NCBI GenBank assembly: GCA_038321865.1
Contig: JBBQFH010000014.1
Coordinates: 1 to 64,000 of the forward strand
Reading direction: 5' to 3'
DNA from: Gemmatimonadales bacterium
GTDB taxonomy: Bacteria; Gemmatimonadota; Gemmatimonadetes; Gemmatimonadales; GWC2-71-9
Length of the DNA stretch: 64,000 bases
Below are positions 53,630-63,688 of the stretch, piece by piece. The stretch's first letter is position 1. Each line of letters starts with the position of its first letter. A program made the position numbers and the translations under genes. The notes beneath the pieces were generated by a model. The model did no database searches. It was not told the origin of the DNA and saw nothing but the letters and a program-made list of their open reading frames with translations.

Positions 53630-54577
53630 ATGATCCACGTCCTCTTCACCGGCGGCACCATCTCGATGCGCCACGACGCGGCGCGCGGCGGGAATATCCC
53701 GCGGCACGGCGGTGCCGACCTGGTCGCGCTGGCCGGCATACCGTCCGGGGTGCCTTACCTGGTGGAGGACTGGGCGCAGATGCCTGCCTGTCACCTCGAC
53801 GCCACTCGCCTGTGGGCGCTCAGGAACCGGGTCGCGGCGATCGCGGCCTCCGGCGAGGCCCAGGGAATCCTCATCACGCACGGCACCTACGTCCTCGAGG
53901 AGACGGCATACCTGCTGGGCCGGACGATCGCCGCCCAGGTGCCCATCGTCCTGACCGGCGCCATGCGGACCGCCGACCATCCCCAATGGGATGGCGGCCG
54001 CAATCTCCGTGATGCCATGCGTGTGGCGGCGGATGCCGGGAGTCGCGGCCACGGCGTCATGGTCGTGTTCGCTGGACAGGTGTTCGACGGCATGGAGGCG
54101 GTCAAGATGCACGCCAACGATCCCGAGGCGTTCGCCGCACCGCACGGCGCTCCGGTCGGTGACGTCACGCCCGACGGGGTTCGCTTCGCAGGCGCCGCAC
54201 GCGCGCGCCGCACGCTCGCGCCGGCGGCGCTGGACCGGCGCGTGCTCGAGGTGCCGGTCGTGGTCGGCGACGACGGTTCGTTGCTGGACGCGGCTCAGGA
54301 GCTCGGCGATGGCGTCGTGGTCGTCGGATTTGGGAGCGGCAACATCCCCCCCGGCGCGGTGCCCGCCGTCGAGCGGTGGGTGAGGGCCGGCAAGTCCGTC
54401 GTGCTGGCGAGCCGGTGCGCCTACGGCGTCGTCGAGCCACTGTATGCATTCGACGGGGGTGGCGCGGGGCTCGTGCGTGCCGGCGCGATCCCGGCCGGTC
54501 CGCGGTCGCCGGCGCAGGCCCGGATGGAGCTCCTGATTTCACTCTCCGCCGGCGTCGCATATGGAGCTGCGGCGTGA
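53630..54577 (+). CDS. L-asparaginase/glutaminase family protein (active-site Asp replaced)
   Basis: FTGGTISM, THGTYVLEETAY (canonical HGTD), VLTGAMR, DGGRNL, GFGSGN, SRC. Confidence 0.85.
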   Translation: MIHVLFTGGTISMRHDAARGGNIPRHGGADLVALAGIPSGVPYLVEDWAQMPACHLDATRLWALRNRVAAIAASGEAQGILITHGTYVLEETAYLLGRTIAAQVPIVLTGAMRTADHPQWDGGRNLRDAMRVAADAGSRGHGVMVVFAGQVFDGMEAVKMHANDPEAFAAPHGAPVGDVTPDGVRFAGAARARRTLAPAALDRRVLEVPVVVGDDGSLLDAAQELGDGVVVVGFGSGNIPPGAVPAVERWVRAGKSVVLASRCAYGVVEPLYAFDGGGAGLVRAGAIPAGPRSPAQARMELLISLSAGVAYGAAA

Positions 54578-54579
54578 CC

Positions 54580-55743
54580 ATGGAACGGCTTGTGGTGCCT
54601 CCGGAAGTCATCGCGCTCATCGAGACGCTGACGAGCTCGGGCCACGAGGCCTGGTGCGTCGGGGGCGCGCTCCGTGATGCGCTCCTCGGCGTCCCGCAGT
54701 CGGACTTCGACGTGGCCACGTCGGCCACGCCGGAGGAAGTGAAGCGGCTGTTCCCACGCACCGTCGGCGTCGGGGAACAGTACGGGACGATCGGGGTGCT
54801 CGATCGAAACCGTGTGCTGCACGAGGTCACGACGTTCCGGCGTGACGTGTCCACCGATGGGCGGCGCGCAGTCGTTGCGTACGGCGTTTCGCTGGATGAG
54901 GACCTCGCCCGGCGCGATTTCACGATCAACGCGATCGCGTACCAGCCGGTGACCGGCGAGTGGCGCGATCCCTTCAATGGCTCGGACGATCTGGCGGCCC
55001 GCGTGATCCGGGCCGTGGGAAATCCGCTCGAACGGTTTCGGGAAGACTATCTCCGGATCCTCCGCGCGCTGCGGTTCGCCGCCCGTTACGATCTCTCGAT
55101 CGAACCGGCGACGTGGTCGGCCGCGAAGGAATCGGCCGGCGGCCTTTCCACGCTGTCCGCCGAGCGGGTGCGGGATGAATGGTTCAAGGGCCTGCGCACG
55201 GCGTGCCGCGTGCCGCAGCTGGCGGCGCTGTGGCGCGACGTCGGGGCGGCGGAGCTCTGGCTTCCCGGCCTTTCGCCCGACTTGCCGGACTCGCTGTCCG
55301 CCCAGCCGCGGGATCCGGTGCTGCTGACCACCCTGCTGGTGTCGGACCCGGTGGAGCTGCTCCGTCGGCTCAAGTCATCGAATGCCGAGCTCGCCCGGGC
55401 CGCGGCAATCACGGCCGCGCCAGGGGAGCCGGCGCAGCCCGACCCGGTGGCGGTGCGCCGCTGGCTGGCCGCGGCCGCCGGCGCGGCCGACGATCTGCTC
55501 GTTCGCTGGGAGCTGAGGCACGGATCTGCCGCGCCGTGGGCCGCGGAGGTGGCCGGCGTGCGGGCACGCGGGGAAGCGACTACGAGGAAGCAGCTCGCGG
55601 TGAGCGGGTCAGACCTGCTCGCTGCCGGGCTCGCCGGACCGGCGGTGGGGCAGGCACTCGATCGGCTGCTCGAGCGCGTGCTCGAGGAACCGGCCCTGAA
55701 CCACCGGGACACGCTGCTCGCGCTGCCGGAAGTCCGGCCATGA
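54580..55743 (+). CDS. cca: CCA tRNA nucleotidyltransferase (class II)
   Basis: VGGALRDALLG, DFDVAT, EVTTFRRD, DLARRDFTINA, EDYLRILRALRF, LSAERV. Confidence 0.88.
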   Translation: MERLVVPPEVIALIETLTSSGHEAWCVGGALRDALLGVPQSDFDVATSATPEEVKRLFPRTVGVGEQYGTIGVLDRNRVLHEVTTFRRDVSTDGRRAVVAYGVSLDEDLARRDFTINAIAYQPVTGEWRDPFNGSDDLAARVIRAVGNPLERFREDYLRILRALRFAARYDLSIEPATWSAAKESAGGLSTLSAERVRDEWFKGLRTACRVPQLAALWRDVGAAELWLPGLSPDLPDSLSAQPRDPVLLTTLLVSDPVELLRRLKSSNAELARAAAITAAPGEPAQPDPVAVRRWLAAAAGAADDLLVRWELRHGSAAPWAAEVAGVRARGEATTRKQLAVSGSDLLAAGLAGPAVGQALDRLLERVLEEPALNHRDTLLALPEVRP

Positions 55744-56453
55744 GCCCTCTCGCCTTCGCCATTCTGGCGGCGCTGGGGAACCTGGCCGGTGCCTTCATCG
55801 TCGTGCGGCATCAGCGCCGCGAGCTCCGCGTCGTCGAGGCGTTCATCGCATTCGGCGCCGGGTTCATGGTTGCGACCGTGGTACTCGGCATGCTGCCCGA
55901 GGCGTTCGGCAGCGCCGATGCGGCGTGGTACGTGCTCGGCGGGTACCTCGCCGTGCACCTGGCCCAGCACGTCCTGACGCCTCACTTCCACTTCGGCGAG
56001 GAAACGCACCGCGTGAGCTCGCGCGCGGGCGTATCCGCTCTGGCCGGGCTCTCACTGCACACCTTCTTCGATGGGGTCGCGATCGCCAGCGGGTTTTTGG
56101 TGTCAGGCCGGCTGGGGATCCTGTTGTTCCTGGCGGTCTTCCTGCACAAGCTGCCGGAGGGCGTGACCATCGCCAGCGTCATGCTGGCGGGCGGGAGCAG
56201 CCGGCGGACCGCGGTCGCCGCCGCTGCCCTGCTTGGCCTCGCGACGATCCTCGGTGTCGCGATCACCGAGGTCGCCGCCCCGCTCGTCCGGCACGGTCTC
56301 GCGATCTCGGCCGGTGTGACGCTGTACGTCGCCGCCTCCAACCTGGTCCCCGAGTTCCAGGCCAAGCGCGGCTGGTACACCCCGCTCGCCTTTTTCGGCG
56401 GCGCGGCGATCTTTCTGGTGACGCAGCAGCTGCTGACACGCTGGGTGGGATAG
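55740..56453 (+). CDS. ZIP family metal transporter
   Basis: FGAGFM, MLPEA, HFHFGEETH, LHTFFDG, LHKLPEG, LVPE. Confidence 0.9.
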   Translation: MSPLAFAILAALGNLAGAFIVVRHQRRELRVVEAFIAFGAGFMVATVVLGMLPEAFGSADAAWYVLGGYLAVHLAQHVLTPHFHFGEETHRVSSRAGVSALAGLSLHTFFDGVAIASGFLVSGRLGILLFLAVFLHKLPEGVTIASVMLAGGSSRRTAVAAAALLGLATILGVAITEVAAPLVRHGLAISAGVTLYVAASNLVPEFQAKRGWYTPLAFFGGAAIFLVTQQLLTRWVG

Positions 56454-56471
56454 CCGCCTGAAGGTGACCTG

Positions 56472-57827
56472 ATGCCACGCCGCTCCGCCTCGTCCGCCGA
56501 CGAGGAATCGCTCTTCAGCACCGCCGCACAGGCCCAGCCACTGGCGGCGCGCATGCGGCCCGGCTCACTGGACGAGTTCGTCGGCCAGCAGCACCTGCTC
56601 GCGCCGGGAAAGCCACTCCGCGACGCCGTCGAGAAGGGGACGCCGGGCTCGGTGATCTTCTGGGGACCCCCCGGCTCCGGCAAGACCACTCTCGCCCATC
56701 TCATCGCCGGCACCACCGGCCGCGTCTTCGTCCCCTTCAGCGCCGTGACCGAGGGCGTGCCGCGCATTCGCGAAATCGTGAACGAGGCCCGCGCCCGCCT
56801 CGCGTCCGGCGGCCGCCAGACGATTCTGTTCGTGGACGAGATCCACCGGCTCAACAAGGCGCAACAGGACAGCCTGCTGCCGCCGACGGAGCAGGGTGTC
56901 GTCACGCTGATCGGCGCCACCACCGAGAATCCCAGCTTCGAGATCAACGGGGCGCTCCTCTCCCGTACCCGTGTCTTCGTGCTGCAGCCGCTGTCGGCGG
57001 ACGACGTCGCCTCGGTGGTGCGCCGGGCCCTGGGTGATACCGAACGCGGGCTGGGGGAGCTTTCGCTGTCGGTGGACGACGATGCGGTCGGCCTGCTGGC
57101 CGCGGAAGCGGATGGCGACGCGCGGCGCGCTCTCACGGTACTCGAGGCCGCGGCTGCCCACGTCGGTCCCAACGGGACGATTACGGCGGACGTGGCGCGG
57201 GAGGCGATGCAGAAGCGATTCGCTCGGTATGACAAGGCCGGGGAGGAGCACTTCAATCTCCTCTCTGCCTATCACAAGTCCCTGCGCGGCAGCGATCCCC
57301 AGGGCGCGCTCTACTGGATGGCGCGCATGCTGGACGGGGGCGAGGACCCGATGACGCTGTTCCGGCGGGCGATCGCGATGGCGGCGGAGGATATCGGGCT
57401 GGCCGATCCCAACGCGCTGCCGATGGCCGTCGCCGCCCGCGACGCATTCCACATGCTGGGCCCGCCCGAAGGCTATCTGCCGCTGGCCGAAATGACGATC
57501 TACCTGGCGACGGCGCCCAAATCCAACAGCACCAAGCGCGCGCTCGACGCGGCTCTGAGTGCGGCGCGCGACACGCCAGCGGCACCGGTGCCGCTGCACA
57601 TCCGGAATGCGCCGACGGCCCTCATGAAGGAGCTGGGCTATCATGCCGGCTACCGCTACGCCCACGACGCGCCCGAGGCCTACATCCCGCAGGAATACCT
57701 GCCGGATGAGCTCCGGGGCCGGCTGCTCTACGAGCCGGGTGTGTTCGGCTATGAAAAGAAGATCGCGGAGCGCCTCGAGTGGTGGGCCAAGCTCAAGGCG
57801 CGGGAGGCGAGCGGCCCGGAGGCGTGA
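56472..57827 (+). CDS. rarA: Replication-associated recombination protein RarA/MgsA
   Basis: PLAARMRP, GPPGSGKTT, VDEIHR, GATTENPSF, SAYHKSLRGSD, VPLHIRNAPT, YRYAHD. Confidence 0.95.
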   Translation: MPRRSASSADEESLFSTAAQAQPLAARMRPGSLDEFVGQQHLLAPGKPLRDAVEKGTPGSVIFWGPPGSGKTTLAHLIAGTTGRVFVPFSAVTEGVPRIREIVNEARARLASGGRQTILFVDEIHRLNKAQQDSLLPPTEQGVVTLIGATTENPSFEINGALLSRTRVFVLQPLSADDVASVVRRALGDTERGLGELSLSVDDDAVGLLAAEADGDARRALTVLEAAAAHVGPNGTITADVAREAMQKRFARYDKAGEEHFNLLSAYHKSLRGSDPQGALYWMARMLDGGEDPMTLFRRAIAMAAEDIGLADPNALPMAVAARDAFHMLGPPEGYLPLAEMTIYLATAPKSNSTKRALDAALSAARDTPAAPVPLHIRNAPTALMKELGYHAGYRYAHDAPEAYIPQEYLPDELRGRLLYEPGVFGYEKKIAERLEWWAKLKAREASGPEA

Positions 57828-57969
57828 TGGGGGCCACGGTTTTTTCCGCTCGATTCCCCGATGCTGAGGCCCGGAGCTTGCATAGCGTGCCTGGAGCGCG
57901 CACATGTCCCCTGTTCCGCCGCGCTATATTTCCCCTGCGGGGACGTTACCTGACGGAAGGATGGACCTC

Positions 57970-58479
57970 ATGAAGGCCAAGCTCGCTGCCCTGTTGCTGC
58001 TCGCACCGGCCGCTGTTTTGCTCGGCTGCAGCGGCATCCCCAACAACTTCCGGGACCCCGAAATCCAGCTGTCGCAGGTTGTGGTTCGCGGTGCCGGGCT
58101 CACCGGCGGGACCATGGATCTGGTCGTCAACGTGCGGAATCCCAACGATTTCGACCTGCGCGGCACGAAGCTGCAGGTGGGCTTCGACGTGGAGCACTCG
58201 CACGTGGGCGACATCACGTATCAGGACGAGTTCCAGGTGAGGAAGAACGAGGTCACCACCCTTACCCTGCCGGTGCGTTTCAACTGGATTGGCGTCGGCG
58301 CGGCGGTGCGCTCGGCGATCGGCTACGGGGACATCCCCTACACGATGCGGGGCCAGGCGACGGTTCACACGCCCTGGGGTGACCGCGTCATCCCGTTCAC
58401 GCGCGAGGGCCGCGCGCCCCTGACCCGCGGGCCGAGCGATGGCTCGACCGGCGCCAGCTCACTCCCCCCTTCACGCTAG
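57970..58479 (+). CDS. LEA type 2 / WHy domain lipoprotein
   Basis: Lipobox LLGC and VNVRNPNDFDL (NPN motif). Confidence 0.8.
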   Translation: MKAKLAALLLLAPAAVLLGCSGIPNNFRDPEIQLSQVVVRGAGLTGGTMDLVVNVRNPNDFDLRGTKLQVGFDVEHSHVGDITYQDEFQVRKNEVTTLTLPVRFNWIGVGAAVRSAIGYGDIPYTMRGQATVHTPWGDRVIPFTREGRAPLTRGPSDGSTGASSLPPSR

Positions 58480-58490
58480 GATAGCGAGAC

Positions 58491-59810
58491 ATCAGAGACT
58501 CCATTCCGGTCCGGGATCCGATCGAGCGAGCCGTCCTCGTCGCGGCGCCCCGCAAGGGGTCGCCGGACGGGCGGCATGTGGCCGAGCATCTCGAAGAGCT
58601 GACCCGGCTGGTCGATACGGCCGGCGCTGAGGTGGTCGGCCGGGTGACCCAGCAGATCGCATCGGCCAGCGCCGCCACCCTCATCGGCGAGGGAAAGGTC
58701 GAGGAAGTGCGCCAGCTCGTCGAGGAGGTCGGCGCCACGCTGGTGATCTTCGACGAAGAGCTTTCTCCCGCCCAGGGAAGCAATCTCGAGCGGGACCTCA
58801 AGGTCCGCGTGATGGACCGCGCCGAGATCATCCTCGACATCTTCTCGACGCGCGCGCGATCCCACGAAGCCAAGCTGCAGGTCGAGCTGGCCCAGCTCGA
58901 GTACATGCTGCCCCGCCTGACCCGGATGTGGACCCACCTGTCCCGGATTCGGGGCGGCATCGGCCTGCGCGGTCCCGGCGAAACCCAGCTGGAGACCGAC
59001 CGGCGCATGATCCGGAAGCGGATCCAGCTGCTGCGGGGGAAGCTCAGGGACGTCGAGCGTCACCGGGAAAACCTGCGGGCGGGGCGGGACCCGATGCTCA
59101 GCGTCGCCCTCGTGGGGTACACCAACGCGGGCAAGTCGAGCGTGCTTCGCGCGCTGTCGGGCGAACACGAGATCCTGGTGGAGGACCGTCTCTTCGCCAC
59201 CCTGGACACGTTGACGCGGGAAGTGGACCTCGGCGAGGGGATGCGGGCGCGGGTGACCGACACCGTGGGGTTCATCCGGAAGCTTCCGCACCATCTGGTC
59301 GCCAGCTTTCGCGCCACGCTGGAAGAAGCCCGCGAGGGCGATGTGCTCCTGCACGTGGTGGACGCGAGCCATCACGATTGGGAAGGGCAAATGCGGGTGG
59401 TGGACAAGGTGCTGGCCGAGCTGAACCTGGCTGACCGGCCGACGATTCCCGTCTTCAACAAGATCGACGCCGTCGCCGACCCGGCCGCCTTTGCGGCGCG
59501 GGCGCGTGAGCTCTTCCCCGACGGCGTCATGGCGACCACGATGCGCACCGACGGGCTCGGCGCGCTCAAGGCCGCACTCAGACTGCGGGAGCGCGGCGAC
59601 CGGCCAAGCGTGACGATCCGCCTGCCGCTGAGCGACGGCGCCCGCGCCGCGTCGATGTACCGGCTGGGCGAGGTGGTATCACGGGCGCAGAGCGGGGCGG
59701 GGTACGAGATGGTAGTGCGGCTCGACCGGTGGCAGGTCGAGCGATTGCGGGCCCAGGGCGTGGATGTGGAGGAGACAAAAGTGACGCCCTCCCGTCGCGC
59801 GGCCGGCTAG
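58491..59810 (+). CDS. hflX: GTPase HflX (start uncertain, probably upstream of the called GTG 58578)
   Basis: ERAVLV N-terminus upstream of 58578, IGEGKVEE, RGPGETQLETDRR, GYTNAGKS, LFATLD, DTVGF, NKID. Confidence 0.95.
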   Translation: MRDSIPVRDPIERAVLVAAPRKGSPDGRHVAEHLEELTRLVDTAGAEVVGRVTQQIASASAATLIGEGKVEEVRQLVEEVGATLVIFDEELSPAQGSNLERDLKVRVMDRAEIILDIFSTRARSHEAKLQVELAQLEYMLPRLTRMWTHLSRIRGGIGLRGPGETQLETDRRMIRKRIQLLRGKLRDVERHRENLRAGRDPMLSVALVGYTNAGKSSVLRALSGEHEILVEDRLFATLDTLTREVDLGEGMRARVTDTVGFIRKLPHHLVASFRATLEEAREGDVLLHVVDASHHDWEGQMRVVDKVLAELNLADRPTIPVFNKIDAVADPAAFAARARELFPDGVMATTMRTDGLGALKAALRLRERGDRPSVTIRLPLSDGARAASMYRLGEVVSRAQSGAGYEMVVRLDRWQVERLRAQGVDVEETKVTPSRRAAG

Positions 59811-59820
59811 ATTGGCCGCG

Positions 59821-62409
59821 CTAGAGCTGGCGCGCCAGCACGATCACCGTCAGCAGACTCCCCAACAGCTGGGCGGCGGTTCCCAGAATCGCTGACGCGC
59901 TGTTGGCGCCGGGGGCGCCCTCGGGCACCGTCACCACCGCACCCGGCAGCGGGTACGGGTTGTCGTCCGGCAGAAGGAACTTCCGGTTGACCGCCTGCTT
60001 CTGGCCATTGGGCTGCACCACGAACGCACGGTTGCGATCGCCCTTCGTCGAATAGCCGCCGGCGCTCCGCACATACCAGTCGATCGATTTGCCGGGCTGA
60101 TAGGCCACTGCGCCCGGCGAATTCACGCCGCCCCTCACCAGCACCACCGGATCGAATTCGGGGATATTGACCGAGTCGCCGGCGGCGAGAATCAGATTAT
60201 CGCGGTTGCGAGGGTCGCGGAGGACGCGCGGCAGGTCCAGCCCGATGCGGCCCGCGCTGTCCTGCATCCGGAAGAACTCGACCCCGTTGGGATACGCTTC
60301 CTTCGTGAGTCCGCCAGCGCGCTGGATGATGTCCATCAACCGCTCGGTCTTGGTGCGCAGCGTGTAGGGACCGGGATACTTCACCTGGCCGGTCACCTTC
60401 ACGATGCGCGGGAGCTCCCAGTCGGGTTGGCGCAGGATGAGCAGGTTGTCGTACGGCTGCAGAGGCACCTCGCCGGCGCCGCTGGCCAGGGCTGGGATGC
60501 CCGGCGGGCCGACATATTCGCCGGCCGCTCCCCGTGCGAAGAGATAGGTCGAATCGAGCGGCACATGAATCGTCGTGGCGAGCGCGCCCTGTGACCGGTC
60601 CTCCGGCACCCGCGCGATCTCCGCTTCCTTGAGATAGGCGTCTTCGCTCAAACCGTCGGCCAGGAGGATGGCGTCGCGAACGGTCATGCCCTCGCGATAG
60701 CGAATCCGGCCCGGCTTTCGCACCGCACCGGTGACGGCCACATACCGCTCGGGGCGGAACGTGGTCCGCGAGAAGACGACGATCTCGTCCTCCTCTTCCA
60801 GCGGAAGGTCAGTGGTGACACGGCCGGTCGAATCGGCGAAGGCGGAGCGAAGCTGCACGCGGGTCGAGTCGCTCCGGAGCCGCGAGATCAGGATCTGTCC
60901 GAGATAGACATCCGGCTTCACTCCGCCGGCGAGTCGCAGCGCGTCGCTCAGGCGCATCCCGGGCGACCAGCCGGTCGGCCCCTCGACCCATACGTCGCCA
61001 TGCAAGGTGACGAAGTTTCGCACCCGCTCGTCCACCCCGAATACGCTGACCGAGTCGCCCGGAAACATCGGTACCGCCGGCACGATGCCGCCGGCGAACT
61101 GCTCCGGCCCCACCTCGACGACCACGCGCGCCCGCCCCTGCTGCTGCGACTCGGGTGGGAGAATCCGATGGATCTGCACCCGCTGCCGCGACGCCGACGC
61201 CGTGAAGCCGCCCGCGTCCCGCAGGGCGTCCCGCAGGGTCTCCTGCGGCTTCATTTCGTAGATGGCCGGACGATTGACCTGACCGGTGACCTTCACCCGG
61301 GCCCCGTGCACCGGGACGAAGACCACGTCGCCGCTCCGGAGTGGCACGTCCGTCCGATTGATGCCGTTGAGCAGGTAGCCGTACAGGTCCACGCTATCCA
61401 CCAGCGACCCGCCTCGGCGCACCTGTACACCGCGGAAATTTCCGTTCGCCGTCGGCCCGCCGGCGGCGTAGAGCGCGCTCAGGACCGTGCCCGCCGCGGA
61501 CACCTGATATGCACCCGGCCGGGCCACCTCCCCCGCCACGAAGATCTGGATGTTTCGCAGCTTGCTGACGGTGGCTTCGAACTGGGTCGTGCCACCCGCC
61601 CCGCGGCGAACGCCGGAATAGGACCGGGCGAGCCGGGCGTACAGCAGGTCGTCGAGCTGTGCCATGGTGAGGTTGGCGACGTAGAGCTGCCCAACGCGGG
61701 GAATGACGATGAAGCCGTCCCGGCTGACGTCGAGCGAGTAGGCCGCCTGCACGTCACCGGTCAGGATGAGCGCGATGCGGTCGCCCGGGCCGAGCCGGTA
61801 GTTTGCATCCACCGGGCCGGCCTGCGTGGCCTGGAACTGGGTGGTGCCGCGGCGGCTGAAGACGTCGAGCCCGAAGAGACGCAGCGGCCGGGTCCACGGA
61901 AGGTGCAGCGAATCGGCGCGCAGAGAGTCACGGACGATCCGGTCTTCGTCACTCAGCTGGTAGGATTCGCCGCGCGGGCGCAGGAGGCGCAGCGAATCGG
62001 CTTCGGCGTCCCCCACGAGCCCGAGCGCCCGCACGACATCGATGTCTCGCGTCGGATCGCCGCCGGACGTGAGACCCGTGCCTCCGGAAAGCAGGCCGTT
62101 GGCGGCATCGGCGCCGCCGGTGGTGCCGCTGGTCGAGCCGTTGAGGTACTGGTCGAGCGAGTTGTCGGGATAGCCCGCGGCGCGGAGGCGATCGCGGATC
62201 TGGTCGGGGGTGAGGCCGGACTGCTCGATCCGCTGCCGGAGCTGCTGCTGCAGATCGGGGTTGTTCTGCAGCAGCTCGCGCGCCTGCGCCGGCGTCATGC
62301 CGTTGAGGGGATCCTGCGCCTCGAGCTCCCGGGCGAAGCCGGCGGCGAGGGAGACCGTCAGCCCGGCGATGACTGCGAGTGAGCGCGCGCGAAGACTGGG
62401 CAGTCGCAT
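59821..62409 (-). CDS. Polysaccharide export protein with multiple SLBB domains (Wza/KpsD-like OPX)
   Basis: YRLGPGD, DGFIVIPRVG, repeated GxVxxPG and AGG SLBB units, C-terminal amphipathic helix. Confidence 0.88.
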   Translation of the reverse strand: MRLPSLRARSLAVIAGLTVSLAAGFARELEAQDPLNGMTPAQARELLQNNPDLQQQLRQRIEQSGLTPDQIRDRLRAAGYPDNSLDQYLNGSTSGTTGGADAANGLLSGGTGLTSGGDPTRDIDVVRALGLVGDAEADSLRLLRPRGESYQLSDEDRIVRDSLRADSLHLPWTRPLRLFGLDVFSRRGTTQFQATQAGPVDANYRLGPGDRIALILTGDVQAAYSLDVSRDGFIVIPRVGQLYVANLTMAQLDDLLYARLARSYSGVRRGAGGTTQFEATVSKLRNIQIFVAGEVARPGAYQVSAAGTVLSALYAAGGPTANGNFRGVQVRRGGSLVDSVDLYGYLLNGINRTDVPLRSGDVVFVPVHGARVKVTGQVNRPAIYEMKPQETLRDALRDAGGFTASASRQRVQIHRILPPESQQQGRARVVVEVGPEQFAGGIVPAVPMFPGDSVSVFGVDERVRNFVTLHGDVWVEGPTGWSPGMRLSDALRLAGGVKPDVYLGQILISRLRSDSTRVQLRSAFADSTGRVTTDLPLEEEDEIVVFSRTTFRPERYVAVTGAVRKPGRIRYREGMTVRDAILLADGLSEDAYLKEAEIARVPEDRSQGALATTIHVPLDSTYLFARGAAGEYVGPPGIPALASGAGEVPLQPYDNLLILRQPDWELPRIVKVTGQVKYPGPYTLRTKTERLMDIIQRAGGLTKEAYPNGVEFFRMQDSAGRIGLDLPRVLRDPRNRDNLILAAGDSVNIPEFDPVVLVRGGVNSPGAVAYQPGKSIDWYVRSAGGYSTKGDRNRAFVVQPNGQKQAVNRKFLLPDDNPYPLPGAVVTVPEGAPGANSASAILGTAAQLLGSLLTVIVLARQL

Positions 62410-62475
62410 GAAGGCCGAAGATCGTTCCTAAGTAATTAGAAAGTCAATGGCTTGCGGGCGTCCTGGCGACCCGCG

Positions 62476-63573
62476 TCAGGGGCTGAGCGTCCGCCAGAAC
62501 TCCAGCTGTCGGCGGGCCACCGCCTCATTGGTGAACTGCGCCATCACGCGGCGCCGCCCTTCCGCGCCGAGGGCCGCCCGGTCCGTTGGATCGTCGACCA
62601 GCCGCTGGAGCGCGGCGCTCAGCGCACCCACATCGTCCTCCGGCACCACGAGGCCGCCATCCTCGACGATGTCGCGGAGTGCCCCGGTGTCAGCCGCGAC
62701 GACGGGGATCCCGTGCGCCATGGCCTCGACCGCGGCGAGTCCCTGCGTGTCGACCCACGCGCGCGTGGCGCGGGACGGCACCGCGACGCAGTTCAGCCGA
62801 TCCCATACGCGGACCAGCTCGTCTCTCGGCAGTGCGCCGTGCCACGTGATTCGGGCGGCGACGCCGAGGCGCTCTGCGAGTGCCTCGAGCTCGATCTGGG
62901 CGGGCCCGCTGCCGACGACGTGGAGGCTCCAGTCGCCCAGCACCTTCACGCAGGCGCGGAGGAGCACGTCGAGGCCGCGCTCGGGCACCAGCCGCCCGAA
63001 GAAGCCGATCACGAGCGGCCCGCCGACGTCGGTTCCGGCCGGCGGGAGTGCGACGCCCAACTGTGGCATGGTGGCGCGCCGAACCTCGGGCCGCGAGACT
63101 GACGCCAGCGCGTCGGCCAGACGGTTCCCGCTGATGACGCCGGTCACCGACTTGTAGACGCGGGCCCGCCGCATTCGCTCCGCGATGGCGAGGGACGGTG
63201 GCAGGCTGGCCCAGGTGAACACGATCGACGGAATCCGGAGCCGCCGCGCCTCCGACGTCGCGCCGGCGGCGGCCCGGGACCACGGCTCCTCCTCGATCTG
63301 CAGCAGATCGGGGCGAAAATCCTTGAGCAGGCGTCTGAGTGCCTTGGGATCCCAGCGCAGATTGGCGGGGTCGCCAGGGTCGCCCTTCACCGGAATCGGA
63401 ACGACCCGGATTCCGGCGTCCTCTTCCCACTGGGTCTCGATCTCCTCGCCCCGGCCTTCGAGCCAGCGGTCCGGAACCGCCACGGCGACGCTGCAGCCGA
63501 GGCCCGCCAGCGCGCGCAGCTTACCGCGATTCTGTCGCGTGGCGTAGGCGTGGGAAAGGAGGACGGCGCGCAT
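62476..63573 (-). CDS. Glycosyltransferase family 4 (GT-B)
   Basis: GFFGRLVPERG, VPSR, EAMAHGIPVVAADTGAL. ATG 63573 with AGG/GGAC upstream. Confidence 0.85.
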   Translation of the reverse strand: MRAVLLSHAYATRQNRGKLRALAGLGCSVAVAVPDRWLEGRGEEIETQWEEDAGIRVVPIPVKGDPGDPANLRWDPKALRRLLKDFRPDLLQIEEEPWSRAAAGATSEARRLRIPSIVFTWASLPPSLAIAERMRRARVYKSVTGVISGNRLADALASVSRPEVRRATMPQLGVALPPAGTDVGGPLVIGFFGRLVPERGLDVLLRACVKVLGDWSLHVVGSGPAQIELEALAERLGVAARITWHGALPRDELVRVWDRLNCVAVPSRATRAWVDTQGLAAVEAMAHGIPVVAADTGALRDIVEDGGLVVPEDDVGALSAALQRLVDDPTDRAALGAEGRRRVMAQFTNEAVARRQLEFWRTLSP

Positions 63574-63688
63574 GAGGTCCCCAAACATGGTGGCCACGGG
63601 CAGCGCCTCCAAGCCCCCTGCGGTTGACACCGTTCCCGCGTTGCGCTCAACTTGGCGGCACTCACGGCGGGCGAAGGACCCGCGATTC

